Source of the DNA: Octopus bimaculoides
Taxonomy: Eukaryota
NCBI RefSeq assembly: GCF_001194135.2
Contig: NC_068987.1
Coordinates: forward strand, 18,964,188 to 19,028,187
Direction of reading: 5' to 3'
DNA: 64,000 nt
Shown one piece after another: positions 38,000 to 50,084 of the stretch (the stretch's first letter is position 1; each line of letters opens with the position of its first letter). Made by a program: the position numbers and the translations under genes. The notes under the pieces are model-generated. The model was not told where the DNA came from and did not search any database. It saw only the letters and a list, made by a program, of their open reading frames with translations.

Positions 38000-38590
38000 A
38001 TGGAAGCAAAACTAGTGGCTACTGAGGAGGGAGATGGACTGAAGTTGTCAAGCCTCATGGCATTGTTGATCTGGAGTGATTGGCATTTCTTTTGTACTTG
38101 ACATGTATATGTGAATGGTAGAAAGGATAGGAAAAGTTTGCAATGGGGAGTTGGATGCAAACTGGGCAGCAAATATGGAAGTTTTCACAGAGCCATCAAA
38201 GTTAAGGGGTAGTGAATAGGATTGAGGATTCTACAAACTTGGTAAAAATTCTTTATGAAAGGACCAGTACTAAATACAATCTAAGAGGGTAGTAAGCTTC
38301 AGGCTGGGAAATGAGCAAAAGGTATTTTGCTTTATGGTTAGTAGTCTAGCATGAGGTGCAGAAGCACGTGAAATCCATCCAGTTAGTGGTGGTCAGTGAC
38401 TTATTTTCAGGCATTGTTAACTATGTTCCTTGCCTTAGGTGTGGCAGCGCAACTTTGTGTGAACCATTTGGATGGAAGCTTTGAGATGTGTGGGATGTAG
38501 AAGGACATCCTTATGAGAATGGTTTCAATGACCTGCTTAGCTTTCTGGGATTGGTTAGAGGTGCAAAATAATGCACAATCCAATATGTGC
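38000..38590 (-). mobile_element. CR1/L2-like LINE remnant (endonuclease-RT tether region)
   Basis: On -: MSFYIPH..SKWFTQSCAA and FAAQFASNS, patterns typical of this region. Confidence 0.5.
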
Positions 38591-38709
38591 AGAGATGTCT
38601 GAATAAACTCATAACATGAGTAAAGACTACATGTAAAGAATGTTTTGTTTAGACACAAATCTGATAGAGATACACTCTCTTCTTCATCTGTGGTTCAGAA
38701 AGATTAATT

Positions 38710-38770
38710 TTGTTTTAGATAATAATTTACCATACATAATCATAACGATATGGTTTTTCTCTCGTGGGAA
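38710..38770 (-). pseudogene. Decayed finger downstream of ZNF-4
   Basis: On -: TREKPYRYD..YGKLLSK. Confidence 0.45.
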
Positions 38771-38864
38771 CAACTCTATACCAAGATACATGGCTACTTT
38801 TAGAGAACAAGTTCATGTGAATTAAAAAGAAAATCTCAGAGGATGATATGATTTAAAATGGACG

Positions 38865-40100
38865 TCAGGGACTGTGTTTGTCTCCTGTATGAGTATGTTC
38901 ATGTTTGATTACCTGATACCTATAGGAGAATGATTTACCACAAATATCACAGCTGTGTGGCTTCTCTCCTGTATGGATTTTTTTGTGTCTGGTTACATGA
39001 TTTCTTTCAGAAAATGATTTACCACAGATATCACAGCTATATGGTTTCTCTCCTGTATGAATATGTAGATGTGTTGTTAAGTGGCCACTTTGAGAAAATG
39101 ATTTATCACATATTTCACACTGATAGGGTTTCTCTCCTGTATGAATACGTACATGTTTGCTTAAATTATTTCTTTCAGAAAATGCTTTACCACAAGTATC
39201 ACACTTATATGGTTTTTCACCTGTATGAATACGTATGTGTAGTGTCAAGATGTATCTCTGAGCAAATGACTCACCACAGATATCACAGTGATATGGCTTT
39301 TCTCCTCCATGAATAAACTTGTGTGAAGTTAAGTTACTTTTCCGAGAGAATGACTTATGACAGATATCACAGAGATATGGTTTTTCTCCTGTGTGAACCC
39401 GTTTGTGCTTGGTTACTTGGTGTGTATCAGTGAAGGTTTTACCACAGATATCACAGTGATATGGTTTTTCTCCTGTATGTATGTATTTATGTGTAGTTAA
39501 ATGACATTTTCTAGAGAATGATTTACCACAAGTATCACAGTGATATGGTTTCTCTCCTGTATGTATAAATCTGTGTGCATTCAAGTGAGATTTTAGAAAG
39601 AATGATTTATCACAGATATCACAATGATATGGCATCTCTCCAGTATGAATGCGTCTGTGTTGGGTTACCTGGCTTTTATCAGTGAATGCTTTATCACAGA
39701 TATCACAGTGATATGGTTTCTCACCTGTATGAATATATTTATGTCTAGTTAAGCTGCCTCTTTGGGAGAATTTTTTCCCACAGACATCACACTGAAGTGA
39801 GTTTTTTCCTGTATGAAACAATTTACGAGATGTTAATAGACTTCTTTGAGATAATGATTTATTACTAATATCGGATTTGTATGATTTTTCTCCTGTATGA
39901 ATACGTTTGTGTCGGGTTATTTGGCTTGTATCAGTGAATGACTTACCACAGATATCACAGTCATATGGCTTCTCTCCTGTATGAATATATTTATGTCTAG
40001 TTAAGTGACTTACTCGAGAGAATGATTTACCACAGATTTCACAAAGATATTGTTTCTCTCCTGTCTGAAGAAGTTCATGTTGAGATAACAAACTACTCAT
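38865..40100 (-). CDS. Multi-C2H2 zinc-finger protein (ZNF-4), 411 aa from ATG, 14 fingers (3rd degenerate)
   Basis: ORF track starts at a GTG (40184); the first ATG (CAT at 40098-40100) gives MSSLLSQH, matching the starts of ZNF-2, -3 and -6. Confidence 0.9.
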   Translation of the reverse strand: MSSLLSQHELLQTGEKQYLCEICGKSFSRVSHLTRHKYIHTGEKPYDCDICGKSFTDTSQITRHKRIHTGEKSYKSDISNKSLSQRSLLTSRKLFHTGKNSLQCDVCGKKFSQRGSLTRHKYIHTGEKPYHCDICDKAFTDKSQVTQHRRIHTGEMPYHCDICDKSFFLKSHLNAHRFIHTGEKPYHCDTCGKSFSRKCHLTTHKYIHTGEKPYHCDICGKTFTDTHQVTKHKRVHTGEKPYLCDICHKSFSRKSNLTSHKFIHGGEKPYHCDICGESFAQRYILTLHIRIHTGEKPYKCDTCGKAFSERNNLSKHVRIHTGEKPYQCEICDKSFSQSGHLTTHLHIHTGEKPYSCDICGKSFSERNHVTRHKKIHTGEKPHSCDICGKSFSYRYQVIKHEHTHTGDKHSP

Positions 40101-40532
40101 AGTGAATCTATTACAACAAATATTGATAATATGAATTATATATCCTTGGTGAATCAATTGATTTCTTATGATGAAGGACTTCACATTGATACAAAGATAT
40201 GATTTATTCAGTTATTTTCAGTGTCTGAACACAAACATCAATATTTTCTTTCTACATTTCTTCTGAGACTTAAACAATTTCCTCTTCAAAACCTTCTACT
40301 TCCATCATATAGCACAAAATTATTTTTCCTGCTTTTTTTAATGTGATTTAGAACATATTTCTCTCACTATATCTTTCCACCACAACACTGTTGTCTTTGA
40401 CATATTCCGAAGATGTTTCAAACAATCGATAACAAAATTATAAATAACAATATAATCACTTCTGAAGTAATTGATTCAAGAGAATTAATTAGAATAGAAC
40501 TCAATCTTATAATAAAAAGTTTGTAAATTAGA

Positions 40533-40563
<31 letters not shown>

Positions 40564-41091
40564 CAATAATAGCTAAAATATCTCTACTTGTCAACACAGA
40601 TCCATACAAACATTCTTGTTCATTCAAATACTCAGTGAATTATTCAATCCAGCACGCATTTCAAGGTAGTTGATATTTATACTGAGGTTAGTTTCAGTTG
40701 AAAGGAAATCTTTCACAGTATTTGTAAATGAAAGATGAATGCTTGATAAAAAAAATTACTATATACTGTCAATAGAAGGTATTTGGGAAAAAGGTAGATT
40801 TACAAAGGTGTGTGAAAAAAATGAGGAAGATCAGATTTCAGAATGATGTGTTTCTAAGAAGTGGTGATAAAAAAAAAACCCAACGTAACTGGTGATTTGC
40901 TGTATTCCAACAAATCTGTGTTTGTTTCATAAAATATGCATTAAAATGCTGAGGATGATGATCTTGATGAATTCAACCAAGGATTTCTGCAAACATATGT
41001 TCTTCATAAAGTCTTCCTATTATCTTCAAAAATTGATGAACATATTGATGCATCTGAATTGTAAAGTCTTCAGGCCCATTTCACATGATAT

Positions 41092-41108
41092 CCTGAAATA
41101 GAAAAACA
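41092..41108 (-). other. Candidate splice acceptor of the ZNF-4 coding exon
   Basis: On -: TTTTTCTATTTCAG|GATATC. Confidence 0.58.
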
Positions 41109-41658
41109 GTATAATATACAAGATTATTTAATATTGGTTTTAAATTTTGGCACAAGGCCAGCAAGAGGGGGGGAGGAGGTAAGTTAATTACATCAACCTC
41201 GGTGTTCAACAGGTACTTATTTTATCAACTCCAAAAGGATGAAAGGCAAAGTTGATCTCAGCAGAATTTGAACTTAGAATGTGAAGACAGGCGAAATATT
41301 GCTTAGCATTTTGCCAGCATGCTAATGATTCTGCCAGTTCACTGCCTTAGCTAAGGGTTTTGTCCGGAATGCTGATGATTCTGCCAGCTCAAATAATCTT
41401 TTCTACTATAGGTACAAGGCTTGAAATTGTGAGGAGGGGGCAGGTCGATTACGTCAACCCCAGTGCTCGACTGGTACTTATTTTATCGATGCTGAGAGGA
41501 TGACAGCCAAAAGCAATTACGACAGTATTTGAACTCAGAACGTAAAACCCAAAGAAATAAAAGTAATGATGATTTCTTTCATTTGCCACAAGGGTGACAA
41601 TACAAAGACAGGCATGAAGAGCGAGGATTTGCATAGAATGGAATGAAGAAGAATATAG

Positions 41659-41728
41659 GGTACCACTAAAGCAGCACGGTCCCGGACGCGCAACTGCGCG
41701 TTCGGGACCGTGCTGCTTTAGTAGTACC
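41659..41728. mobile_element. 70-bp fold-back (hairpin) MITE, Mutator-like
   Basis: 34-bp arms with 2 mismatches and a 2-nt loop; 9-bp TSD AGAATATAG at 41650-41658 and 41729-41737. Confidence 0.82.
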
Positions 41729-41794
41729 AGAATATAGGAAGTATACGTGGTATACCATTAACAAATGAAAAGAAGTACACATGATATAATAATA

Positions 41795-42080
41795 ATACTT
41801 ACAAACCAAATAATCCAAATGTAAAATATTGGTAGATGTCTTTTTACTGTCAGATTTAAAGTCTACGAAGGCAAACTAAGTGTCACCCGTACACAAAATA
41901 TCACGATTTTGAATTTCTTTACCCACAAAAAAATCATAAAGCAGACATTAATAATGCTTTTGTGTCGACAATTATTATTAATTCCTACACAAGTTCACCT
42001 GACATCTGAATAAATAAGTGTATTTATTCTAAATAATGTTTGGAGATTATCGACAATAAGCTATCAGGGGAACAAACTCT
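41795..42080 (-). promoter_or_regulatory. Promoter/first-exon module M4 (ZNF-4)
   Basis: ATACTTACAAA (donor at 41802); AGGGGAACAAACTCT at 42066-42080; GA repeat upstream. Confidence 0.68.
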
Positions 42081-42247
42081 TCCACCGCGCGCGCACCTGT
42101 GTTTGAGATAGAGAAACAGAATGAGAGAGAGAGAAAGATAAAGAGGGAAGGAGAGGAAAAGTGATAAGGGAGGCAGAGAAGGGGATAGACAGAGAGAAAG
42201 GGACAGACAGAGAGAAAGAGAGAAAATGGGTAAAACAGATAGATATA

Positions 42248-42800
42248 GGCGCAGGCACGTCTGTGTAGTCGAGAAGCTTGCTCTCGAGTCGTGCAGTCTT
42301 GGGTTCAGTTCCATTGCGCGGCACCGAGAGCAAGTGTCTTCTACTATAGCCCCAGGTCGCCAAAGCCTTGTGAGTGGATTTATTAGACGGAAACTGAAAG
42401 AAGCCCATCGTATACACACGTGCGTGCGTGTATGTGTCTTTGTGTTTGTCCTTCACCATCGTTTGACAACCGGTGTTGGTTTGTTTACGTCTTTGTAAAG
42501 GATATCAGTAGAATAACCCGGGGCTGTTCAATACCTTGTGAGTGAATATGGTAGATGGAGACTGTGTTGAAACCTGTCACATGTGTGTGAGTGTATTTGT
42601 CCCCATCTCCACCACTTGACAACCAGTGTTGGTTTTTTACATCCATATAACAGTGAATGGGTGAAAGAAGTTAATAGACTAAGTCCCACACTTAAAAAAA
42701 TAAATAAGTATTGGGGATGATTTGTTCAACTAAACTATACAAGACGTGCTCCAGCATGACTGCAGACCAATAGTTGAAGCTAGTAAAAAAACAAAGAAAG
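42248..42800 (+). mobile_element. Two partial SINE family B copies
   Basis: GGCGCAGG head; AAGCCTTGTGAGTGGATTT..GGAAACTGAAAGAAGCCC body; second fragment 42530-42790. Confidence 0.75.
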
Positions 42801-43019
42801 ATATAGGATGGAATTTTTTGTCTTTAGATTTCTTTTGATAAAATGTGATGTATTTACTTTTAAATAATGTTGAGTAATGTATGTGATGAATATGAAAACA
42901 AATGTGACCATGTAATTACTTTGTGATTATTTTGTGATTAAATAACAGACAAAATAAAACTATGACAGATTTATAGCAAATCAAAAACCTCCTTATTAAC
43001 AATATACTGCAAGCATGTC

Positions 43020-43370
43020 GTTCGTTCGTTCGTTTAACGTCCGCTTTCCATGCTAGCATGGGTTGGACGATTTGACTGAGGACTGGTGAAACCGGATGGC
43101 AACACCTGGATCCAATCTGATTTGGCAGAGTTTCTACAGCTGGATGCCCTTCCTAACGCCAACTACTCAGAGAGTGTAGTGGGTGCTTTTACATGTCACC
43201 CGCACAAAGGCCAGTCAGGAGGTACTGGCAACGGTCACGCTCAAAATGGTGTATTTTATGTGACACCCGCACAAGAGTCAGTCCAGGGGCACTGGCAACG
43301 ATCTCGCTCGAAAATCCTACAAAGGCCAGTCAGGCGGTACTGGCGACGGCCACGCTCGGAGGCAACGAAA
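43020..43370 (-). mobile_element. SINE family D
   Basis: Same body as 5173, with internal GC-rich tandem subunits. Confidence 0.82.
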
Positions 43371-44579
43371 CCTAAGAACATGTGAGTTATTTATTTGACT
43401 GTATACTTGACTGTTATACTTGACAGACAAGTATAGAACTCTCTTGTAGGCTCATAATGCATTCAAGGATGAACGGCAAAGTCAACCTTGGCAGAATTTG
43501 AACTCAGAACGTAAAGACAGACGAAATACCGCTAAGCATTTTGCCTGGATGTCTATATGTGTAGTAACAATACTGTTGTAAAAGTTTGATAGTTGTCATA
43601 GAGACTTTAGTCTCTCTATCACCTTTCAACATAATTATATATGAAGAGACAATAGAACAATTAACAGTATAATAAAAAAGGTTTTATTTATGATGATGCT
43701 TGGTTTCACAATTCCTGTCATTCAGCTTAGCAGCCGCTGATTAGGTTGTAGTTTGGTAATGGAAGGTTAAGGGCTTCCTTAATGCCTGCCAGAGAAACAA
43801 GTAGCTATCACCATCAAAGGCATCGAGGTGAAGTGGTAATTCGTTGAGGAGCGAGGAGTTGTCACGTAGCAGGTCTGAGCTCAACTGCCTAACAAAAGTG
43901 AAACTCTCTCTTTAAGAACCGTTTTACTACGCATGCACACTCGAGGGGCTTCCGGTGGTGAAGTCCCCTGCGCATGCGCAGAATAGTACTTCCTCAATGG
44001 CGGCTATAATTTCGCACCACTACACTGTCTTGGATGAGAGAGCTGTATACTATTGTAGGTTTCACTTGAGCTATATAGTAGCTTAGTAGTTATTGGGAGA
44101 CAAATATTTTGTGACCCCAAAGATACAGGTCTGTCTTTGTAATATAGCTGTTGACATGTCGAAGATATGTGATTGTAATGAAGACATGTGATCATCAGGG
44201 GAGATCAGTATTGGGGAGGTCTAGCGTTTGGAATAACCTTGAGGATTCTAGTTGACAGAAAATGTCTAGCACAAATATCGCAATGGTCATTAGCATTTTT
44301 ATATATGTTTGTCTACACTGGCATCGGATGAGTCAATTAAAACCCAACTTCTCAGTAAATGTTCTCATCTATGAGGACATATAAAATATAGTTAAGCAGT
44401 TATTTTGCCACAGATTTCCTGTATACACAAATACAGACACTCTGATAAGTTTGAGATAAATTACAATTCTGACAGAATATTTTTCAATAAATATCAATAT
44501 ATAGTTTCCCACTTCCCCTCATGTTCAACTTTATGGGCAAAATAATGGCTAATTTGAGAGAATTAACTCATGTTTTTAG

Positions 44580-44752
44580 CTAGATGAATAACCACAAATA
44601 TCAATGACAGTTTATCTTTTGCATGAAAGACTGTGTTTAATTACCTGAAATATATAAGGGTTTTAACAAACCACAGATATGCCCTCTCTTTAGTATATAT
44701 TAGTGTCTGATTAAATGCCTTTTTTTGAGTGAAAGCTTTATTACAAATATCA
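44580..44752 (-). pseudogene. Two dead terminal fingers of ZNF-5
   Basis: After a 2-nt deletion: DICNKAFTQK(+1)RHLIRH*, then PYIFQVIKHS and DICG. Confidence 0.7.
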
Positions 44753-45883
44753 CTAGGGTGGTTTTTCTCCAGTATGAGTACGTTGGTGTTTAGTTAACTG
44801 ATTTCTTTCAGAAAATGATTTACTGCACACATCACACTGATATGGCTTCTCTCCAGTATGAATACGTTTGTGTCGAGTCACTTGGCTTCTGCCAGTGAAT
44901 GATTTGCCACAGACATCACAGTCGTATGGCTTCTCTCCAGTATGAACAAGGTGGTGTGTAGTTAGGTGACCTCTTTGAGAAAATGATTTATCGCATATAT
45001 CACACTGATAGGGTTTCTCCCCAGTATGAATACGTACATGTTTTATTAAGGGACTCCTTTCAGAGAATGCCTTTCCACAGATATCACACTTATATGGTTT
45101 CTCTCCTGTGTGAACACGTATGTGTGTAGTTAAAATATGGCTGTAAGAAAATGATTCACCACAAATATCACAGCGATATGGCTTTTCTCCTGCATGAATA
45201 TTCTTGTGTGAAGTTAAGTTACTACTTCGAGAAAACGACTTCCCACAGATATCACAATGATATGGCGTCTCTCCTGTATGAACACGTTTGTGTATTATTA
45301 AGCTACAACTTTGGGAGTATGATTTATCACATATATCACAATGATATGGCTTTTCTCCTGTGTGAGTATGTTTGTGTATGGTCACGTAAGCTTTTTGAAA
45401 GAATGATTTACCACAGATATCACAGTGATATGGCTTCTTTCCTGTATGAATTTGAATGTGTTTATTCAGATTATTTTTCTTAGAAAAAGATTTACCACAT
45501 GTATGACAGTCATGTGGCCTCTCTCCAATATGAACATGTTTATGAGATGTGAAAAGACTTCTTTGAAAGAATGACTGACCACAGATTTTGCAGAGATATG
45601 ACTTCTCTTCTCTATGAATACATTTGTGTTGGGCTCCTCGACTTGTATCATATGGTTCACTACAGATTTCACAGGGATAGGATGTTTCTCCTGCGAGAAT
45701 ATTTTTGTGATCAGATAATGCATTGCTCATAATGAAACTTTTGCCACAAATATTGTTAGTATGAACTATTGATCCTCCAATAATTAATTTATGTTCAGTT
45801 AATTGATTTCTTATGATGAATGACTTCACACTAATGTCACATAGAAATGGTTTCTTCAGTATCTGATCACAGCATTTATACAT
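44753..45883 (-). CDS. Multi-C2H2 zinc-finger protein (ZNF-5), 376 aa, 2 degenerate N-terminal fingers plus 11 fingers, 3' truncated by frameshift
   Basis: ORF track; the start could be ATG 45883 or the paralog-equivalent ATG at 45730 (MSNALSDH). Confidence 0.88.
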   Translation of the reverse strand: MYKCCDQILKKPFLCDISVKSFIIRNQLTEHKLIIGGSIVHTNNICGKSFIMSNALSDHKNILAGETSYPCEICSEPYDTSRGAQHKCIHREEKSYLCKICGQSFFQRSLFTSHKHVHIGERPHDCHTCGKSFSKKNNLNKHIQIHTGKKPYHCDICGKSFFQKAYVTIHKHTHTGEKPYHCDICDKSYSQSCSLIIHKRVHTGETPYHCDICGKSFSRSSNLTSHKNIHAGEKPYRCDICGESFSYSHILTTHIRVHTGEKPYKCDICGKAFSERSPLIKHVRIHTGEKPYQCDICDKSFSQRGHLTTHHLVHTGEKPYDCDVCGKSFTGRSQVTRHKRIHTGEKPYQCDVCSKSFSERNQLTKHQRTHTGEKPP

Positions 45884-46223
45884 ATGTATATAATTACATT
45901 TTATGCAATTTCTTCTTTAGAATTTCTATTTTCATCACATTATACGAAATCATTTTTCATTCTTTCCTTTACCTTATTTATAAGAAATATTTTTCTCCCT
46001 ATAAGTTTGATATCACAGTTATCTTTGTCAATTTCTGAAAATGTTGCAGAAAAACCAAACAAATTATTTGAGTTAGTTGTTCCAATAGGATTAATTATGA
46101 TAAACTTAAGCCAAGATTTACATGTAAAGGTTTCCGTGTATTCTTCATAAAGTCTTTCTTTCCTTTTCAAAAGATGATAAATATGTTGATGCAGCCAAAG
46201 TGAAAAATCTTTATATCCGATAA

Positions 46224-46240
46224 CCTGAAATAAAGAAACA
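46224..46240 (-). other. Candidate splice acceptor of the ZNF-5 coding exon
   Basis: On -: TTTCTTTATTTCAG|GTTATC. Confidence 0.58.
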
Positions 46241-47131
46241 AATTCATGTATAAGAGTTAATTTAATACTAAGGTTGAAAGTTATAAAAACAGAAAAGAAC
46301 CCAAAACAGTCATGTTTATACATTGGAGTGAAAAGGACTATCTACGCATCCTTAAGTAGAGGTACATACCTCTCTCTTTCTCTCTCTCTATATATATGTA
46401 GTGGATCTTGCATGCATGAAGTGGATTCGATCCACCATAGCCAAATTTAAATTAACACTACAACAGAACTTTTCCCACGGTGGAACAATGGTATATATAT
46501 NNNNNNNNNNNNNNNNNNNNNNNNNNNNNNNNNNNNNNNNNNNNNNNNNNNNNNNNNNNNNNNNNNNNNNNNNNNNNNNNNNNNNNNNNNNNNNNNNNNN
46601 NNNNNNNNNNNNNNNNNNNNNNNNNNNNNNNNNNNNNNNNNNNNNNNNNNNNNATATATATATATATATATATATATACGAGTATATATACAGGAGGCCA
46701 CTAGGTGGACTGATAAAGTGCTAGAAGAAGATCACATGTCATGTGTCTACTAAGACCGAATAATTCTCAAAGGGAATTTAGCGAAGCAACAAAAAAAAAA
46801 AATGTTCTTTGCTTCTATGTAATACATTGGGAAAATGTATTTTATACCTTGTCAGTGAATTTTGTTTGTGGAAATTGTACAGAGGGTTAGTGTGTGTGCG
46901 TGCGCACATGTACTTGAATGTTGATATTCCATGGCTTGAGATGTCACAATCTGAGCGAAACTGATGTGATATTTACATTCCTTTTTGACATCATGAACGG
47001 TCATTTTGTATTTTCAATGACATGTGAATTAATATAAAAAAACAACCTTCACTCAAAAAATCGCAGAAATAACATCTGGTCATAAAATTATGCTGTAAAT
47101 AAGACACCGTCTAATCCACAAGAAAACAGAT

Positions 47132-47476
47132 ATTAACGAACAAATATAAAATACGTAGATGCCAAGTAAATGATGTATGTATGTGTATATAGGTGTCTGT
47201 GGTATTTGCACATGTTTGTAGGCATACATATTTCTGCATGTAATTCCAATAAATCAGGATTGCTCACCCCAGAGAGTAGGAAAATGCACAATCTATGTTG
47301 AGGTGACAATTCAACCAATTGTGTACATTCGGTTTGTAGACAAGAGTTAGATCTTTCTTTGTTCGTGAATGCCGGCGAAAATAAGAGAAGGTTAATTATT
47401 CATTGATTGACCAAATTAATTACTTACAGTAGAATACAGCACTGTCAAATCATGACGTATGTAGTTTGTGATAAAA

Positions 47477-47534
<58 letters not shown>

Positions 47535-47820
47535 AATAATAAATGAGTATATGCATATATACGTACAGGTATGTGCATACCTACGTCTACCTGTATATAT
47601 AGGTGCATATCTGGGTACAGGACATTGCAAACAAAACGTAGACAAGAAAATAATAATAACCAGAGTACAGAAAACACACAAGCCACATAGAGAACATTTT
47701 CCTTCATATAACCATATATGTGTGGTTGAACGGCCATAAAACTAATCTTTAATACAACATAATTGCTACATCAATCTCTTCGTAATATAAAACCTACGTA
47801 TTTTATATTTTGTCGTTAAT
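47132..47820. mobile_element. Putative non-autonomous DNA transposon
   Basis: ~29-bp imperfect inverted termini ATTAACGAACAAATATAAAATACGTAG / CTACGTATTTTATATTTTGTCGTTAAT; no clear TSD. Confidence 0.45.
47480..47528. repeat. (AT)n microsatellite; similar tracts at ~18588-18620, 18905-19060, 46654-46680, 60911-60932
   Basis: Direct reading. Confidence 0.95.
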
Positions 47821-48326
47821 GTTAATTTTTCCCCATGGATTGGGTCTTACTTGCAGCACAATTTTTTGGCCAGATTGCAGATAACAGTGTCCCGAAAGGA
47901 ACTGGGTGTTTGATGGAGTTGAACACAGCACAGCTAGATGTTGCCTTACCTACAGAGCAGACTGTGGATCCGACCAGGTACTAAATTGTTACCTGATGGG
48001 TGAGTTTCCTTAATCCAACTGATCCAAATTACACAGATGATCGAGTGGCAGTTGATATCAGATAAGCACATGTGGAGAGCTAAATTAAACAACCCAAAAT
48101 AGCTTTACCGTAATATATAAATTGTATATCTTGGTACGTATATATAAGTGTCATTTTCTTCCCATTTACTTTCGTTTCGTTTGTTTAATTCCTTTTGTTA
48201 ATAAAATCTCTCGTTTCGATCACTCATTAAAATAGTTAATAACTAGATATAATCAAACTAATGAAGTTCATAGGATAATCGTTTATTCCTTTGTCATCCC
48301 TTTTCTTTATATATATACATATATAA

Positions 48327-48607
48327 ATACTTACAAATCAGTTTAGTCCGAATGTGTGCAGAATGGTAGATGCCCTCATATATTGAGTCTTAATGTGTTG
48401 TCCGCGAAAACAAAATCAGTCCCACCACACTCACAAAACTTCTTGGACTTGAAAATGCAAACAACAAAATAAACAAAGAAGACACTTATCAATGCCAATA
48501 TTTCAGACCTCTACATAAGTTTATCTCACGTCTGATAACCGTGTGATAAACAATAATTATTGTTATTGGAGAGATTTCTACAATAAACTACCAGGGGAAC
48601 TAACTCT
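48327..48607 (-). promoter_or_regulatory. Promoter/first-exon module M5 (ZNF-5)
   Basis: ATACTTACAAATCA (donor at 48334); AGGGGAACTAACTCT at 48593-48607. Confidence 0.7.
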
Positions 48608-48626
48608 TTTTCTTCTCTGCGAGAGA

Positions 48627-48993
48627 ATGTGGTTGGCACTCCGTCGGTTACGACGACGAGTGTTCCAGTTGATCCGATCAACGGAACAGCCTGCTCGTGA
48701 AATTAACGTGAAAGTGGCTGAGCACTCCACAGACACGTGTACCCTTAACGTAGTTCTTGGGGAGGTTCAGCGTGACACAGTGTGGCCCCTTTGAAATACA
48801 GGTACAACAGAAACAGGAAGAAAGAGTGAGAGAAAGCTGTAGTGAAAGAGTACAGCAGGGTTCGCCACCATCCCCTGCCGGAGCCTCGTGGAGCTTTTAG
48901 GTATTTTCGCTCAATAAACACTCACAACGCCCGGTCTGAGAATCGAAACCGCGAGTCCGCTGCCCTAACCACAGGTCCATTGCGCCTCCACAT
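48627..48993 (-). mobile_element. SINE family C inserted next to the ZNF-5 promoter motif
   Basis: 11-bp TSD TCTGCGAGAGA at 48616-48626 and 48994-49004. Confidence 0.9.
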
Positions 48994-50084
48994 TCTGCGA
49001 GAGACTAACTGTGAAAATGTTACAAACGCGAAGATTGAGATGGTTCCTTCTGTATTTTTAGAGAGCGTCACAAATAGCAAAGGGTTTTTATGCTTTTTAG
49101 TCCGTAAATACAATTAAATCTTGTTCTTGCCGAGGTCAACTTCGTCTTTCATCTAACTGGGGTCGATAAAATAACGTACCACTCAAGTACTTAGGTCGAT
49201 TATATCAACTCACTTCATACCCTAAAAATTATTGGACTTATGTCTGAATTAGAGACCGTTATTTAAATCAGGGTAGCTCAAACTGAGTATACTTACTAAA
49301 GGCATTTTATTTATAACCGATGCGTCCTTTTTAAGATGCTTGTGGCATTTGACTGCTACTTCTAGCAGTAGTGACATTTGCACCTCACTTATCTGTTTGA
49401 CATCTATTTCGTGTTATACTTTTGTTTCATGTCCACCTACAATAGCAAAGAGAGCTTCTACGTGGTTGCTGGACATGCTAGTAATAGCAGCCAAATTGTC
49501 CTCATATCCTGACCTATCGTCTTGAAAAACGAAAGGACATAGTGGGTAATGTAATCTTAGATACTCTCCCACCAAAAAACAGGATGGTCCTGGTTGGAAC
49601 ATCTATGATCATTTGTCTGTTGTTGCTTAATTCCAAGGTTGATCTGGAACTAAAGAACAGTATGTAAAAAATATACAAAGTTTCTTCAAACATCTTAAGG
49701 TAACAAATGCTAAATATTTAGGCATTAACCTTCACATCATTTCTTTTTTGCTATTTTCAAAAAAAAAATTGAAACAAATTGATAGTCAAATACCCTTTTA
49801 AAACATTTATAAAATTGAAACATAGGTGCTAAGTGAATATCTCATGTTAAATTAGTGGTACTCCAGTGACTCATCCACAAATTGATTGTTTGTTTTTGTC
49901 AACATCACCTTCATATGCTGGTGTCAGCATGAGCCAACATCCACCTTTTGGTCCTAACAGTTGTTTATTCATCCTAGCACATTGGTGTCAAAAGATATGT
50001 CATCTTTCAGATCAACTGGTTAGAGCACCTTCATCACCAAACGTGTTAACATAACCTCCATTAAGACCAATCAATGCATTAGAC

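Noticed and set aside
40101-40184. ORF-track N-terminal extension of ZNF-4 (MKSFIIRN...)
   Set aside because: It starts at GTG and is dead-finger sequence; the first ATG is at 40100.
5238-43385. Three similar ORFs starting MKPDG (5238, 37207, 43086)
   Set aside because: They lie inside family D SINE copies; the similarity reflects the repeat, not a protein family.
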